NCBI RefSeq assembly: GCF_009914755.1
Contig: NC_060935.1
Length of the DNA stretch: 64,000 bases
Reading direction: 5' to 3' (one strand)
From: the human T2T-CHM13v2.0 reference genome, Homo sapiens
The notes beneath the pieces are model-generated. The model was given only the letters and a program-made list of their open reading frames with translations. It was not told the origin of the DNA and searched no databases. Both the position numbers and the translations under genes were made by a program. Shown in pieces: positions 15,774 through 58,011 of the stretch (position 1 is the stretch's first letter; each line of letters opens with the position of its first letter).

Positions 15774-18700
15774 CCTACTGTTAGCTAGACTCAGTTTCCT
15801 CAGTTTCTAGGATATGTAAATTTTGGTCTCGGAAAATAATCCATCTTTCTACTAATCTGGTATTATCTTCCTGAGCTGAGTACTGAAACAACTCCCAGGT
15901 CATCGTATTCACCCTGAGAATAGGAGGATATGGTGCATCATTCGGATTCAATTCAGTAGCTGTGATGCCCATTTGGTCTTGGAGTGGCATGAACTTCTTT
16001 ACTGTGTAGCCTGTGGCTTCGGAGACCCTTAATACCCACCCTGGTTATCTCACCACACTCAACCCTCTAGGAGAGAAATAATTTTTAATACAGGGGTGGC
16101 ATCTGTTATAATCCCTGGCCTGCCAAGTCCCTGTTGATGATGAAGCTATGTTCCATCTCAGGAGAGGTGGGGCAGGAAAAAGCATGAGAACCATGACTCT
16201 ATAGAATGTGTTCAATTCTATAGAATTGAAAGAGTTATGTGACTCTTTCAATTAACATTTTGCAGTATATTTTCTTGGCAATATGTTTTCTTCTCAGAGT
16301 TATCATGGACCCTAACCTTACTTCTTCCTGATTTCTATGAAAAAAATGAAATCATCCCGTATTTCTTGCTTTTATGGTTTCTTACAGCATTCTTTCTCGA
16401 ACTCCTGACCTCAGTGATCCAACTCGCCTCAGCCTCCCAAAGTGCTGGGATTACAGGTGTGAGCCACTATGCCCGGCCACTTTTAGCACTTTCTGAAAAC
16501 ATTTTACAGAACACATTAAAATGTGAGATCTCAATGCAATGATTTAAAGTATAGCTTATGTGATTATTTAATAAGCACATATGAATTACAAGAATTTAAA
16601 CAGATAAGTGATTTCTAACATTTTATGGTAGTCTCTAGAGTGTCTTCAATTATCCCAAGGACCAGCCTAAAACAACTTGATCTTTTTGGACATTAATAAT
16701 TTCAAAATTGGATGACTTGATGAATATCCGTAGGAAACTAGAACTTCTAAAACACTTTAGGCAACACAAGCCAGCAGAAAGACAGGTGAGTGGAAGCCCA
16801 GGTTTTAAAAAGGCCTATTTCAGGACCTTCTCAAAATCTATGTCTGATCTAGGGCAACCTGCTGACCCAACACTCCTCAGACTTCCAAGACTAAATAAAA
16901 TACCCTCCCTCTAAGTATCCCAAAGGTTGACTTGCAAGCAACACTTTTACGGGAAGTGTGCCTTCACTACATCAAGTCAGCACTGCAGAGCTCCCTAAGG
17001 TCTCAGGTACCCAGCTAAGACATATGAAAGTATACTGACTGGTAAGGACAAAGAAGAAGGTTTGTTTCTAATTCTGACCAAAATATCAAAATATATATGG
17101 TGTCTCCTTAATGCTGGAAGTGATATGAAGGAAGAACTTGATTACTTCAATTAAGTTATCAAGTTGAGGCCCATAAATTTCTAAAATTCCTAAATGTTTG
17201 TCATTTTCTACTGAGGAAACAGAAGAAAGGAATCTGATTTGCTTTGGACAAAAAAAATAAGTGATATATTTATTACACAACATTCTGAAATCTTAATCAC
17301 TGTACCTCTTTAAGCACAGCACAAACTGTAGCTGGTGCTACTTAACAAGCATTACAACTTTCTTTTTTAAAAGCAATTCTTGAATCCAAGAACTAAAAGA
17401 AAGAAATTAAAGCTGTAGAGAATGCTCCAACTTCAGAGGTCTCATACTATACCGTGAATCGTGTCTGTCACCTGGAAACCAGAGTGCTCCAGGCACGATC
17501 GCATGGACAAGCCTGCAGCAGAGAACACATGCACATACAGCTAAAGTGGTACATTACCCCCAACGCCCTTCACTCCACCCAACATAAAGACATTCCTTCC
17601 CAAAGAGGGGTGGGCTGCGGTCAAACCATCGTTCCATGGACCAGAAATCCGCATTGGCTTCATGCTATAAATCCCAAACATTTAATACCAGCAAGACAAA
17701 GACACTCTGAATATGTAAAAATTAGACATAGTAGTCTGTGGTTTATTTGGTTATCAAAAGAAGGCACCAAAGCAGGTATGGAAGGACTATTGGTAGTAAT
17801 TTGGCAACTATCTTGGGAGAGTATCAGCTAAAGAAATATTAGGTTAGACCAAATGGGAACGCACAACACTAGAAAAATGTTTTACTTCTGAGAAGGAAGT
17901 TTTGACTGCCTTAGGAACACAGAATTAAACCATACTCAAAAGTATAAGGGAATTTTTTTAAAGCAGAGTGAACAGAACAACTTAAATTCCTAATGATCCT
18001 AACACAATGAGGAAAACAGTGGCAATTCATAGAATTCAGTTACCAGGGACATGACTCCTTCAAGGAGTACCAGCAATGCTGGTCTTTGCATGGTGTGACC
18101 TTAGTAACATAAAGAAATAGGTTTTAGCAGCTGATTTCTCAGTAGCTGGTAGTTTAATATTAACTATTTATGAGTTATTCCATATTTTATTGTGGCTTAA
18201 TTTTTAATTAAACTGGGGCTAAGAGAAAATAGGGAGGAAGACATTTGTTTTCTAGATTTAAAAAGGACAGTGTCTCAAATTTGACTCTTTTAAGTTGCTA
18301 ATACATATCTGCGTTGTGCCTTGATGCCTTTATTATGGTTAGTACTCAAACAAGCACTAATATTAGCCTTCTATTACTCAAAAAACAAACAAAAACAATT
18401 TTCCAGACAACATTCAAGAGAGATCTTTGATGTGTATTATAAACGTTCATGCCTGTGAGACCGCTCATAACGGTGAGGCCAAATCTCTCCACTCATGCAC
18501 AGAAGGAAGTGGCTTAACACAGAGTCACTGTTCTGACAGAGGAAGGGACAAAGCAATCCTCTGAGACTTCCGCCAACTGGCACAGGTTACATTGAATGAA
18601 CAATACGTACTGACATTTGTGTCTTCCACAATTCATGATAAATAAGCAAACTGGTTATTTGTAATCAGCCAAACTTGCTTCTCTGAAAAGGCTGCTACTG

Positions 18701-20582
18701 GACGTTGCAGAGCTCATGTTCCTTCCCAGTATCAGAAAGGAAAAAAATCAAGTTACATTTATAGCTAATTTTATACATTTACGCTCTCTTCTAGCAATTC
18801 TATCTCTTTCCACAATGCAAAGGCTGAACTATTACTTCTCAAAACTTCTATTAAATTATCCTCCTTTAGTTCAGGGTAGTTTTACAGTTGAGTTTGGTTT
18901 TCATAATCTATGTAGCTAATGAAAATAATCTCATTTCCATTAAAATTAAAGACAGTCTATGTAAAACAGACGCTAAATTATACTCACATGCATTAAGATC
19001 AGACCAATATTTTTATGTTTAATAATTTCCTACAAATAATATTGTATAGTTGTGTGTGTCTTATCTTGTTCATATTTTCAAAAGGACCCATTCTTGACCT
19101 TGCCAAACACAGGAATTTTCATAAGCACCCTAAAACTAACACAAATCCTAAACAAAAACTCCAGGATACAGTCAGGAAGTTTGTTTCCGTCTCATCTTAG
19201 ATAGAAATAGGGGCTAGAAGAGACAGATGTTTGTGGGACAGAAGCTGTGGAGCTGAACCCAATCAGAAAGTTTTACCTTGGCTTTCTGGCACTTAACCCT
19301 TAGAGAACTGTACCAAAGAGCAGTCATTTCAGTGTCACTATGGAAATAAAGGAAATCAGACATCTTATAATGCCAAGATGAAGAAAAATGAGAAAGTTGA
19401 GAATCATCTAGTTATTTTAAACCAAGTCACCTGTAAATCATTTGCTGATCAAAGAACGTGTAAAATGTTACCACCTCTGATTCTCACAGAGGTAAAATGT
19501 TCAAAAGCTAAAAACAAGGAAGAGAAATGGAAAGAAGGGACATACTAAACTAAATCTGTCATATAATTAAGGAAAAATGCAAAATACTCTGAAAAAATAC
19601 ATAGACCTATTATTTGTGCAGTAGACTTCAATTAACATTTTTCAAAGAAGGAGTGAATTCTAACCCATCTTAAAGGACATTATAGCTGCATTTATAAAGT
19701 TGGCTTGGGAGATACCAGTTATATTGTATAAGTACACATACATGTATAGGATATGTGTATGCTTTCCCATAAGGTAGAGCAAAAAGAAGGAAAGCAGAAG
19801 ACTTGAGTCATACTATATTTAATTCTCTCTTTAACCATGATGTGATTTATTATTGGGGGCTCTGTATTTGCTCAGCCACATCTCTCAATTAATGCAAATC
19901 TTGACAATTTTTTATCAATCCTGACAATTTATCATAAATTCTGGCTTTTTTTGTTGTGATAGGAACAAAACCCTCATTGTAGACCATAAATATCTCCTTC
20001 CATTATAGGCCAGATTCATTCTAAAGAGCTGGCTATACATTAGCAATTTCATCACAGCTAGATCACAGCAAAAATAAATAATAGAAACTTTAAAGCTGAT
20101 TTGAAAATATTTGGAAAGGAATTTAAAATCCTCGGCACAGTGTGTGGCAGCTCAGCTTCTAAAGCACACAGCAGCTGTTGCCTGGCTCGCATCTTAGAAG
20201 CTTCTAAGCCTGTTCTCTACTTTGCTTCTTTTGTACCATAGCCATCTTTTGGAGTTCTTGATTTTGGTTCCCCTCCTCATGTTGTCACAGTACTCCCAAT
20301 GACCAACAGTCTCCAATGGCCATTAATATCTGAAACTCTTAACTGGCAACAAGTATGACTGCTAAACTCTGCAGAGCTAGGAAACCAAATATACTTAACT
20401 CTGAGACTCTAGGCTTCATGGTTTCCTAAGTTTAAACTACAACCAAAAAAGTGTGTTTGAACTAAGGACTCGACCAACTGAATAATTATATTGAAAATAT
20501 AGATTCCCACCTAAGAAGCAAAGAAATAGTTTTTTTCTAACAAAAATCAGTTTGTTGTCTATGTCAACTGTCAGATTGTTAG

Positions 20583-20931
<349 letters not shown>

Positions 20932-21425
20932 TAATTTCCCTTTCTATCCAAGGTGCTTTCAAGTATGGTTTCTACCTTACATCAGTAGATATAGCTTCAG
21001 GAATGGAAACTCATTTAACATTTGCCTAATAAAAATATAACTGAGAAGCTAAATGTAGGGTACCTCCTCCCCCCAAATTGGAATTATATGTAAAACATAC
21101 TCCATTCTATTAGTTTGGTAAGAGCTAATTACATTTTAAGTGGCTTAAATTATTCTTTTTATTTTTCTTAGTTACTTAATAGTCTTTTTTCTTAGAAATA
21201 AATCGGGACATATAATTCTGTTCAAACAAATTTTATTTCCAGACATTTCTACTGTATTTAACTACTGTCAGGTACTACTTCCAGACTGCTAAAATTTCAA
21301 AATGGAAGAAAGACTAACAATTGACAATGAATCTTTATTAGAGGAAGGCTAATTGCCAAGTAGTAGGCTATGCTGCAGCTGGCTTTTACTAAGTGACTCA
21401 TATAATAAACCAGAACATTCTAGAG

Positions 21426-21626
21426 TTGGGCTGTCCAATACAGTGGCCACGAGCTACATGTGACTATTTTAATTTAAATTAATTAAAATTAAAAACAATT
21501 TAAAACTCAGTTCAACAGCCACACTTGCCACATTCCACATATTCGTTAGTGACATGTGGCTGATGACGAGTGTATCAGACAGCACAGATGCAGAACCCTC
21601 CATTACTCCCATCACTATAGCACTGT
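21426..21626. mobile_element. MER3-like hAT-Charlie element
   Basis: gctgtccaata...gccacgagctacatgtgacta...aaattaattaaaattaaa core. 8-bp TSD ttctagag at 21418-21425 and 21627-21634 fits the hAT NTCTAGAN target. Confidence 0.8.
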
Positions 21627-21890
21627 TCTAGAGCACAGGATTAAACTCCCAGGTTAGTCTAGCCCACAGAGGAGCACCTTGTAACACATTTAAAATGCTT
21701 CTTAAGTTAGAAATGAAAGCCTCATAAATCAGATTTAAACAATAGTTTTAAATCACATGTAATTTCAGCATCTACTTATTATTGTAAAAGTGTTGTATAA
21801 ATGCAAAACACAAAAAACAGCAGAAATGGGACTTAATCGTTGCAGAACGTAAACAGTCCTCAAAGAAAAAATGACTATCAAGACATAGCA

Positions 21891-23995
<2,105 letters not shown>

Positions 23996-24640
23996 AATAT
24001 ATATATCAACCTAATATTTCTACCGTGCTCAATGAAATAGTAAATTCATGACATTAATAATAATAATAATAAACCCAGACAAGTTGGGATATCCTATAAC
24101 TGGATAATTCAATAGGTACTTTAAGAATTAGATTATCTAATATAAAACTTTAGAAAGATTATGACTGTAACAAACAACTCAAAGTTTTAAAGAAATCTCA
24201 GAGAAACAGTTATTAAATTCAGCTTCGTTGAGATCATACTTTGTTAACTGGGACTATCCTCTAAAATCTTTTGGATAATGTTATAAAAACAATACCTTCT
24301 CCACATTAGAACTTTATAATCTAAATCTGAGCTGAAAATTTTAATCAATATGTAGAACCAAGAATCATCAAGCACTATTGAAGATTTAACCAACATTGTA
24401 CCTTCTCTGGATGTAAAACTGGGAATACTTGCACTAGTTTACTAATAAATAATAACTAAAAAAAACACGAATTAACTTAGAATGCAAACCAAGCTGTGCA
24501 GCCCAATTAAAGTAAAAGTAAAAGCAATATACTCAAATATCTTTAGTAACACCATTAAAGTATTTAAAATCTCTTTCCAAGGTATCTCAGCAAAGAGGAT
24601 TTAAAATGTTAACAGGATCCCCCCCTCCCAAAGTAGCCTA

Positions 24641-24805
<165 letters not shown>

Positions 24806-24983
24806 CTAAATCACTCTTCTTGGATAAATATGGATGAAAAGTCAGGGTTACACAAGAACTGTTCTCATCTTATCTCGATTTATTCTCTCAATTTAACTCC
24901 ATGAGTCACATTAAAAACAGACAAATTCCCTTTCTGTTTTTCTGCAGTAGAGGTGGGGAAGCGTTTTTGAAATTGCCCGTGTG

Positions 24984-28879
<3,896 letters not shown>

Positions 28880-28939
28880 AAAGAGGTTATTTTACATAAA
28901 TTGTTGAGCAAAAATGAAATGAATCATTTCAGCTTCTCT

Positions 28940-34195
<5,256 letters not shown>

Positions 34196-34437
34196 ACCAG
34201 TCCAGCCCAGGTGGAGTGCTGGCTCTGCACAAAATAGCTGTGCAGACCTTGGGCAGGCCTCCAAGTCTGTTTTCACACCATAAAACAATGTAGCAGTATC
34301 TAACAGAAGTTTCTGCGAAAATTACATGAGATCATATGAGCTGTTCACTTATCAGCACCAATTGCAAAGCAAAGGTTAATGTTTAAGAGGATGCCAGAAG
34401 GAAGAAAGGATAAAGCTCAGTCTTAAGAATTCTACTC

Positions 34438-34940
34438 CAGCACGGCTCAGCCTTGACGCTTTGTATCTGGGGCCAGGTCATTCTTTGCTGAGGGGCAAAG
34501 CTGCCCTGTGTACTGCAGGAATGTTTAGCAGCAACACTGCCCTCTATTCACTAGATGCCAGCTGTACTACCACCAACATGGTAACAATAAAAAACATGTT
34601 CGGCCGGGCATGGTGGATCATACCTGTAATCCCAGCACTTTGGGAGGCCGAGGTGGGTGGATCACGAGATCAGGAGTTCAAGACCAGCCTGGCCAATATG
34701 GTGAAACCCCGTCTCTACTAAAAATACAAAAATTAGCCGGGCGCAGTGGCAGGCACCTGTAATCCCAGCTACTTGGGAGGCTTAGGCAGGAGAATCGCTT
34801 GAACCTGAGCAGCAGTGATTTCAATGAGTCAAGATTGAGCCACTGCACTCCAACCTGGGTGACAGAGTGAGACTCTGTCTCAAAAAAAAAAATGTTCAAA
34901 CATTACCAAATGGCGAGATGCGGGTACAAAATCACCCCAC
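34438..34940 (+). mobile_element. MER20 hAT element interrupted by an Alu (34603-34892)
   Basis: ctgccctgtgtactgcaggaatgtttagcagca...cactagatgccag...aaaatcacccc matches recalled MER20; atgttc is duplicated around the Alu. Confidence 0.8.
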
Positions 34941-35979
34941 TATTCCTCTACTTTTTTTATCATTCTTTCTGCAGTTTTTACCTATTTTTCCTTCCCCAAA
35001 ATTTGAAAACCAATTTGTTCTCTAACTTGATTCCCAACTTATAATCTTTTCCTTCCTCTATTCAAAATAATTTCTTCCTCCTGATTTGCCTATTTCAGTT
35101 AACAGTAGTGCCTTTTTCCCACTCACCCAGGCTCAAAATCTTCCTCGTTTCCAATGGCCTGGTCCTCTCCCTATCTCCCAAATTCTCTCCTCCTTTCCAT
35201 TCTCAATGCTCCTGCCCAAATGTATATCCTCCCCCAACCCCCACTACAGCAGCCTCCTCTCTGGTCTCCCAGCTTCTTGATCCCTCTCTCCTCTATGCTA
35301 TCCCCTAGGCCACCTTAGAAAGTGTTTCTAAAATACAAATTTCAAGCCGCCACTGTCCTTAGCACAGTCCTTGGAACACAGCATGCCTCTGCCTACCCTT
35401 CCCACCTAGGAGGTCCTTCCACCAGGCATGGTCAGAAGTACTCCCTCCCACTTTCTCATAAAGTGCTTGCATCCCTTCTAGCCCACGCTGACTCCCAGTC
35501 AATACTCGACAAAAAGAGTACTAGGCACATTAAGATGTGTAAATACATTACGAAAGACACGGAAATTACGATCTCATTGTGGAAAACTAAAGATAAGGGT
35601 TGTGCCCCACCACGCAGCAGAACGAGGAGATTCCCTGCCACTGACAGAGAATGGAGAGATCCTGGAAGGACGCTAGACAGGCTGACGGGGCTCCACTGGA
35701 GGGGAAAACAGGAAGGAGAACGTGGGCATCACTGAAAGCAATATATGACAGATAACAGAAGAAGTGCTTTTATTATTATTATTATCTAAATTCTACTCCT
35801 AGCTGGGTGCAGTGGCACACACCTGTAGTCCCAGCTAATGAGGAGGGTGAGGTGGGATGATCGCTTGAGCCCAGGAATTCCAGGCTGCAGTTGAGCTATG
35901 ATCCCACAAATGCACTCCAGACTGGGCAACAAGAGCAAGACCCTGTCTCAAAAAGAAAGAAAGAAAAGAAATACCACTC

Positions 35980-43340
<7,361 letters not shown>

Positions 43341-43926
43341 AATATAGTGTATTAGTTTAAAAAGGAAGAAAGAAAAAGAAAGCCAGCAAGCCAGCCACCC
43401 AAGGAACAAAACTTTCCAGTAAAAACAAAGTGTAAATAAAATTGTATCTTGAAAAATGAAATTGAAAATTGTTTCTGTTCTTATATGTAACATAATTTAG
43501 GTTATAATACAACTACATATTTATGTTTAATTTGAAAAGCAAACGTTTAAAATGAAAAGTAGGGAGTTTGGGCACAATTTTTCCAAAAAAATTATGATGG
43601 CACCATAAGACACAATTAACTTCCTATGTGAGTTTTACTGCATTAATTTTACAGTATCTGAGGACTTGGCCAGTCTTTTCATGGGACTCTCTCCATCTTT
43701 TGATATGATTCTATTTTGCAGGGCCCAAGGTAGCATCCTCCTCAATGGTTTTCTTTTCACTGTTAGTGGGTCTGTGGAACGTAATGTCAAAAGATGTGTG
43801 TGAAACTTAGTCTCCAACATTTCATTCATTGAACTTCATGAAATCTTGTATCCTTCACAAGATTTTAAACTTCATTTCACAACTGCTGTGACCTTATCAA
43901 TCAGCAATGAAAATAACAAACTCTAA

Positions 43927-47880
<3,954 letters not shown>

Positions 47881-48227
47881 GGAAAAAACATTTCTACCTT
47901 ACTCTTATTTTAGGAGCCACGCCTCCCACCTTTGTCTAGTAACACAGCTATAGTGATGTCTCTTAGGGGATGAGAAAATGCTACTCCTCCACTAACAATG
48001 ACTCTTGGAGAGGGAACAAGACATCAAATCGCGAACTCGAAAAACTAACAGAAAAAAGTTAAAAAGTGGTTTGTGTTTTTAAAGCCAGCCACAACACCTT
48101 CATTCAAGGCCCTAAACCGCAGAGACTTTCTAGACCTATCTTAAGCGTCAGTACCACACGCACTTCGTGATGGAACGGTATTGTTCTCCTAGAACAGACC
48201 CGTTTTCTCATGAAACCGACGTTTTTA

Positions 48228-49030
<803 letters not shown>

Positions 49031-50028
49031 CTGCCGCCGCCGCACGAGGAGCGCCGGCCGCGTCACAGCCCGCCCTCGCGCTCGCCACTGATTGGCCGCC
49101 GTCCGCCGGCCCGGCGCATCATAACCGCCGCCGCCCTCGCCACACCGCCTCCCCATTGGCTGCGGCGCCGCCCCCAACCCAGAGCGCTGCGGCCTCCGTG
49201 AGCGGGGCCTGGGCGAAGGGGGCGGGGCGTCGAGGGGGCGCCCCGGCGGTCGCAGGGAAGGGGGAGAGGGGAGCGAGGCGCGGGGGGCGCCGGGAGAGCG
49301 CCTCCGCGGTGGGACGGAGCCGGACTGGGCCGAGCGAGGGAGGCTCCTGAGCCTCGGAGGACCCCGGGGTTGGCTTTGGGAGCTGAAAGTTTCCTTGGAC
49401 CCCTCGGAAGCCCCGTGACATCAGAGGCCGGGCCTGGCAGGGGCAGGCAGGAAACGTGTCTGGAGGCTACTGCCCTCTCCGCGTGACCTTGGGCGAGCAG
49501 CCTCCTCCTGGGGCTCAGTGGGTGTGATTTTGTAACATTTCCCAGCGCTGCGACAGGCGCGTCCTCGCCCTGTCCAACGCGGAGCCCGAAGAATTACTAA
49601 GAAACCGAGGTCTGAAGGAGGGAAGAGGTGACGGGCTCGAGGCCACACGGTGGGCCAGGCTGGGCCCGGCTGCACGCCGGCTACCGGGGCCCAGCCCTCT
49701 GCACGCCTCCCGCAGCCTCAGTTTCCCTGTCCGTGGTACTGAGGATGCTCGGGCCTAGAAGTTCAGGGCTGGAGGCCCAGGGACCGTCGAGGGAGGGGCA
49801 TCATCCCCGCCATGGGGCCGCCGCAACTGCCCAGAGCACAGGCCAAAGGTGCGTGCCACGGGGCTACTGGCGTTGTGGACGCTGCCCCTGCCTCCCCATC
49901 CCCCGCAGGAAACAGCCTTGTGACCGTGACTAACGCACCTTTGCCGGGGTAGAGGGGCAAGGGCCCCTGCTACCGTTTGCCACACACTGCCCCATGTCCC
50001 TCACTGCTCCCGTCCTTCCTAGAAGTGA

Positions 50029-55345
<5,317 letters not shown>

Positions 55346-55839
55346 GAAAATAAATACAATTTTTAAAAAGACCCCAGTCATCATGCAGGTTACACTGTGG
55401 GGATAACACTTCTGGGCTAGGAGTTGGGCAACCTGGGTTCAGGCACCGCACCCCCTCTGCCGGCTGCACAGGGCCCCTCTCCCCTCAGTCAGCCCTGGGC
55501 CCTGCAGGCTGGACTTTTGCCTGGTAGCTTTGGGCTGGCCCTCCCTTCTGCAGGGGACCCCTTGTACAGATGGGTAAGCAGAGGCACAGGGGCACAGGCA
55601 GGACAGCGGCTCTGCTCACGCAGGATGCCATGGCCAGTCGTGGGCCTACTCCATCCTTGATCCTCCCCTCCCAAGGGCACTTGCCATCCAGGCCTGAATG
55701 GCAAGAGGCCCCTAAGGGGCCCCCAGTCCTGTCGGCACCCCCTTTGAGTGACTGACAGGGAGGCAGGGGAGCTGGCAGCCCCCATCCCCACACCAGCTTG
55801 TGGAAGCTACCAGCGATCGGTGGGGCCCCACTGGCAGCC

Positions 55840-56480
55840 CGTCCGTGTAGCCTTGGCCGGGCCCCCAAGCTTCTTAGAATGCCATCTAAGAAGGCAGAGG
55901 GGGATGAGCGGCGGCGGGGAGGAGGGGCGGCCTTGGGAAGATCCACTGGGTCCAGGGAAGCGAAGGCCGGACCCTCCTCCCCCAGCGCTACTGCCCGGGC
56001 CGAATTCCAAGGCCAGCGGCTGCCCGCTGAGAAGGAATCCGGACCAACGGGATTCTGGCTTCCCTCTGGCCCCTCCTGGCGAGAGCGGCGCCGGGAGGAG
56101 GGGGCCTCAGAAGGGGCGGGCAGGGGCGGGGCCCGCGGGGTAGGCGGAGCTCCCAGGAAAACAGCGGGCGGGGCCTCGCGCGAGGGGCGGGGTTGGCGGC
56201 GAGGCGTCCCAGGACCCCCATTCCTCCCTCCGCCCCGGGGCTTCTGGGGAGCGGCGCAGCTTGACTGCCACCGACTGCGGGCCTCCCTGCCCTACAAGCC
56301 CCCACCCCCGCCCCCCCTTGGGACCTGGCGAGGAGTTGCCCCGCAAAGTTGGGGCTGGTGCGGGGTTAAGGGGATTACAATTTTCCTAGGACTTAGTGTG
56401 CTGAAGCTGCTTTTGCGATTAGAATTTATATTTACAATGCTGATAACAATAAACTACCCAGGCTACCGCGCCACGTGGAC
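55840..56480. promoter_or_regulatory. Second CpG island about 7 kb upstream of CHKA (enhancer or alternative promoter)
   Basis: CpG-dense non-repeat sequence with several GGGCGG boxes (56110-56195), palindrome CCTCGCGCGAGG (56174-56185) and E-box CCACGTGG (56471-56478). Confidence 0.8.
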
Positions 56481-56849
56481 GGGGGTGGTGGTTGGAAAGG
56501 GAAACCCTTGGCCACCAGCAGCCTGTGATAAGGCCAAGGTTCCCTGGCTGGATTGCTGCCTAGGATGCCTGTGGTCCCTACCCCCGCCCGGGAGGCAGGA
56601 TTGACTAATCCGACCAAGCAAGGCCTCCAGGCTGGGCCAAGAACCCCTTCCCAGTCCTCTCCCAAAGTCTATGTCCTTGGGCTCACGCTGTCCTCTCCTG
56701 TCCTTGCCTCCTGCATCTACAGACCCCTGAGGCCTCCTCCTCCTTCAGAGCATGCACGTCGCAAATTCTCAATGACTGTTTGGAGGAATGAATAAATGAA
56801 TTGTGAACAAATGGTCTGAAGATTCCAGAGGTAGCCTAATGGGGCCCTG

Positions 56850-57030
56850 CTGCTTGAGTTCTAATCCCAGCCCCACCAGTTGTTGGCTATTTGGCCCTGG
56901 GCAGGTGATTATTCTCTCTTTGCCTCTGTACCTTGCCCGTAAAATGAGGAGAATACCAGTACCTACTGCATAAGGTTGTTAAAGGATTAAATGAGTGAAT
57001 AGTTACAAAGAGCCTGGAACAGAGTGTTCA
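56850..57030 (+). mobile_element. MIR SINE
   Basis: gagttctaatcccagccccacca...ctgggcagg...gtaaaatgaggagaatacc...aggattaaatgag. Confidence 0.8.
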
Positions 57031-57469
57031 AAGAAACACACAGCCACAGTATTAAAAAAATTAAAAACCCATTTCTCTCCAGGCTTCTGCCATCACTCTG
57101 TGTGACTTCAACATTCTACCTGCATGACCTATGCAGCACCTGGCCGCTGTTACCTTGCCACCCTCACTGACATCTTCTCTGCATAGGCCTTCCACCATGC
57201 CCTGTACTTTCTCCCCACTAGAAATAGCCCTGGCTCTGAAATGTGTTTTAATCATCCCACTTTGGGTCCACCAGTTCCTAGCCTTTGAGCTTAGGCCTCT
57301 CCTCCAGGACCCTCCCTGGCTACGATTTCCCAACCCCTCTCGACCTTCCATTCACTGACCTTGCCACTTTCTTGCCTCTAGTCTGCACCTCTCCCCATCC
57401 CTAGTGTGGATTCCATCCCCTTGTGAACGCTGCCACCCGTCCTGGCAGAGACTCAGTACTTCCACTCTC

Positions 57470-58011
57470 TGAATGCATTTCTTCTTCCTAGGCACACCAG
57501 AAGACTACATTTCCTAGCCCCCCACCCCCTTGCAGTGTCTGGGACCATGTGACTCCTTAATTAGGTCACTTCTCTCTCCTGGGAGGCCCTCTCTGCCCTC
57601 TCTAAGTCTAACTAGTGGCAAAGGATCTAAGGGAAGAAACCTGGCAGAGTTACTAGTTCCAAGAAGCCTGGGTCCCTGAATCACCACATGGAAGTCTACG
57701 CGCCCACCACCTGAATGGACTAAGGTATGAACAGAAGTAATACACACCCCTTTAGGGCCAAGGAGGTGAAACAGCTGGTATGCCTTCCTCACACTCTCCT
57801 CTGCTTTCCTGGTGACCTAGGAAGCTGCAGGATGAAGACAACAGCATCACAAGGAGGAAGCCAGGATCCCTGTGTTACCACAAGGAGGAGAGATGCCTAA
57901 CCAAGACCGTCTGCAAGGATTTTGTGTGAGCCAGAAGCAGAGCTGTATGGTGTTCAGCCACTGAGATTTGAGGGCTGTTTGTTACAGCAGTTGACCTATC
58001 CTGACTGACAC
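57470..58011 (+). mobile_element. MLT1-family (ERVL-MaLR) LTR
   Basis: gactacatttcctagcc...cccttgcagt...ccatgtgact; agcctgggtccctgaatcaccacatgga; 3' end agccactgagatttgagggctgtttgttacagcag...cctgactgacaca. Confidence 0.82.

Noticed and set aside
15781-15990. 69-aa minus-strand ORF with protein-like composition (MPLQDQMGITATELNPND...)
   Set aside because: Short and intronic, with no family I recognise. Its end overlaps a MIR-like core (tcagtttcctca). A tBLASTn or PhyloCSF check would be needed to revive it.
55424-56795. 268-aa and other ORFs over the second CpG island
   Set aside because: Low-complexity G/R/P/A composition, mostly non-ATG starts and no recognisable domain.
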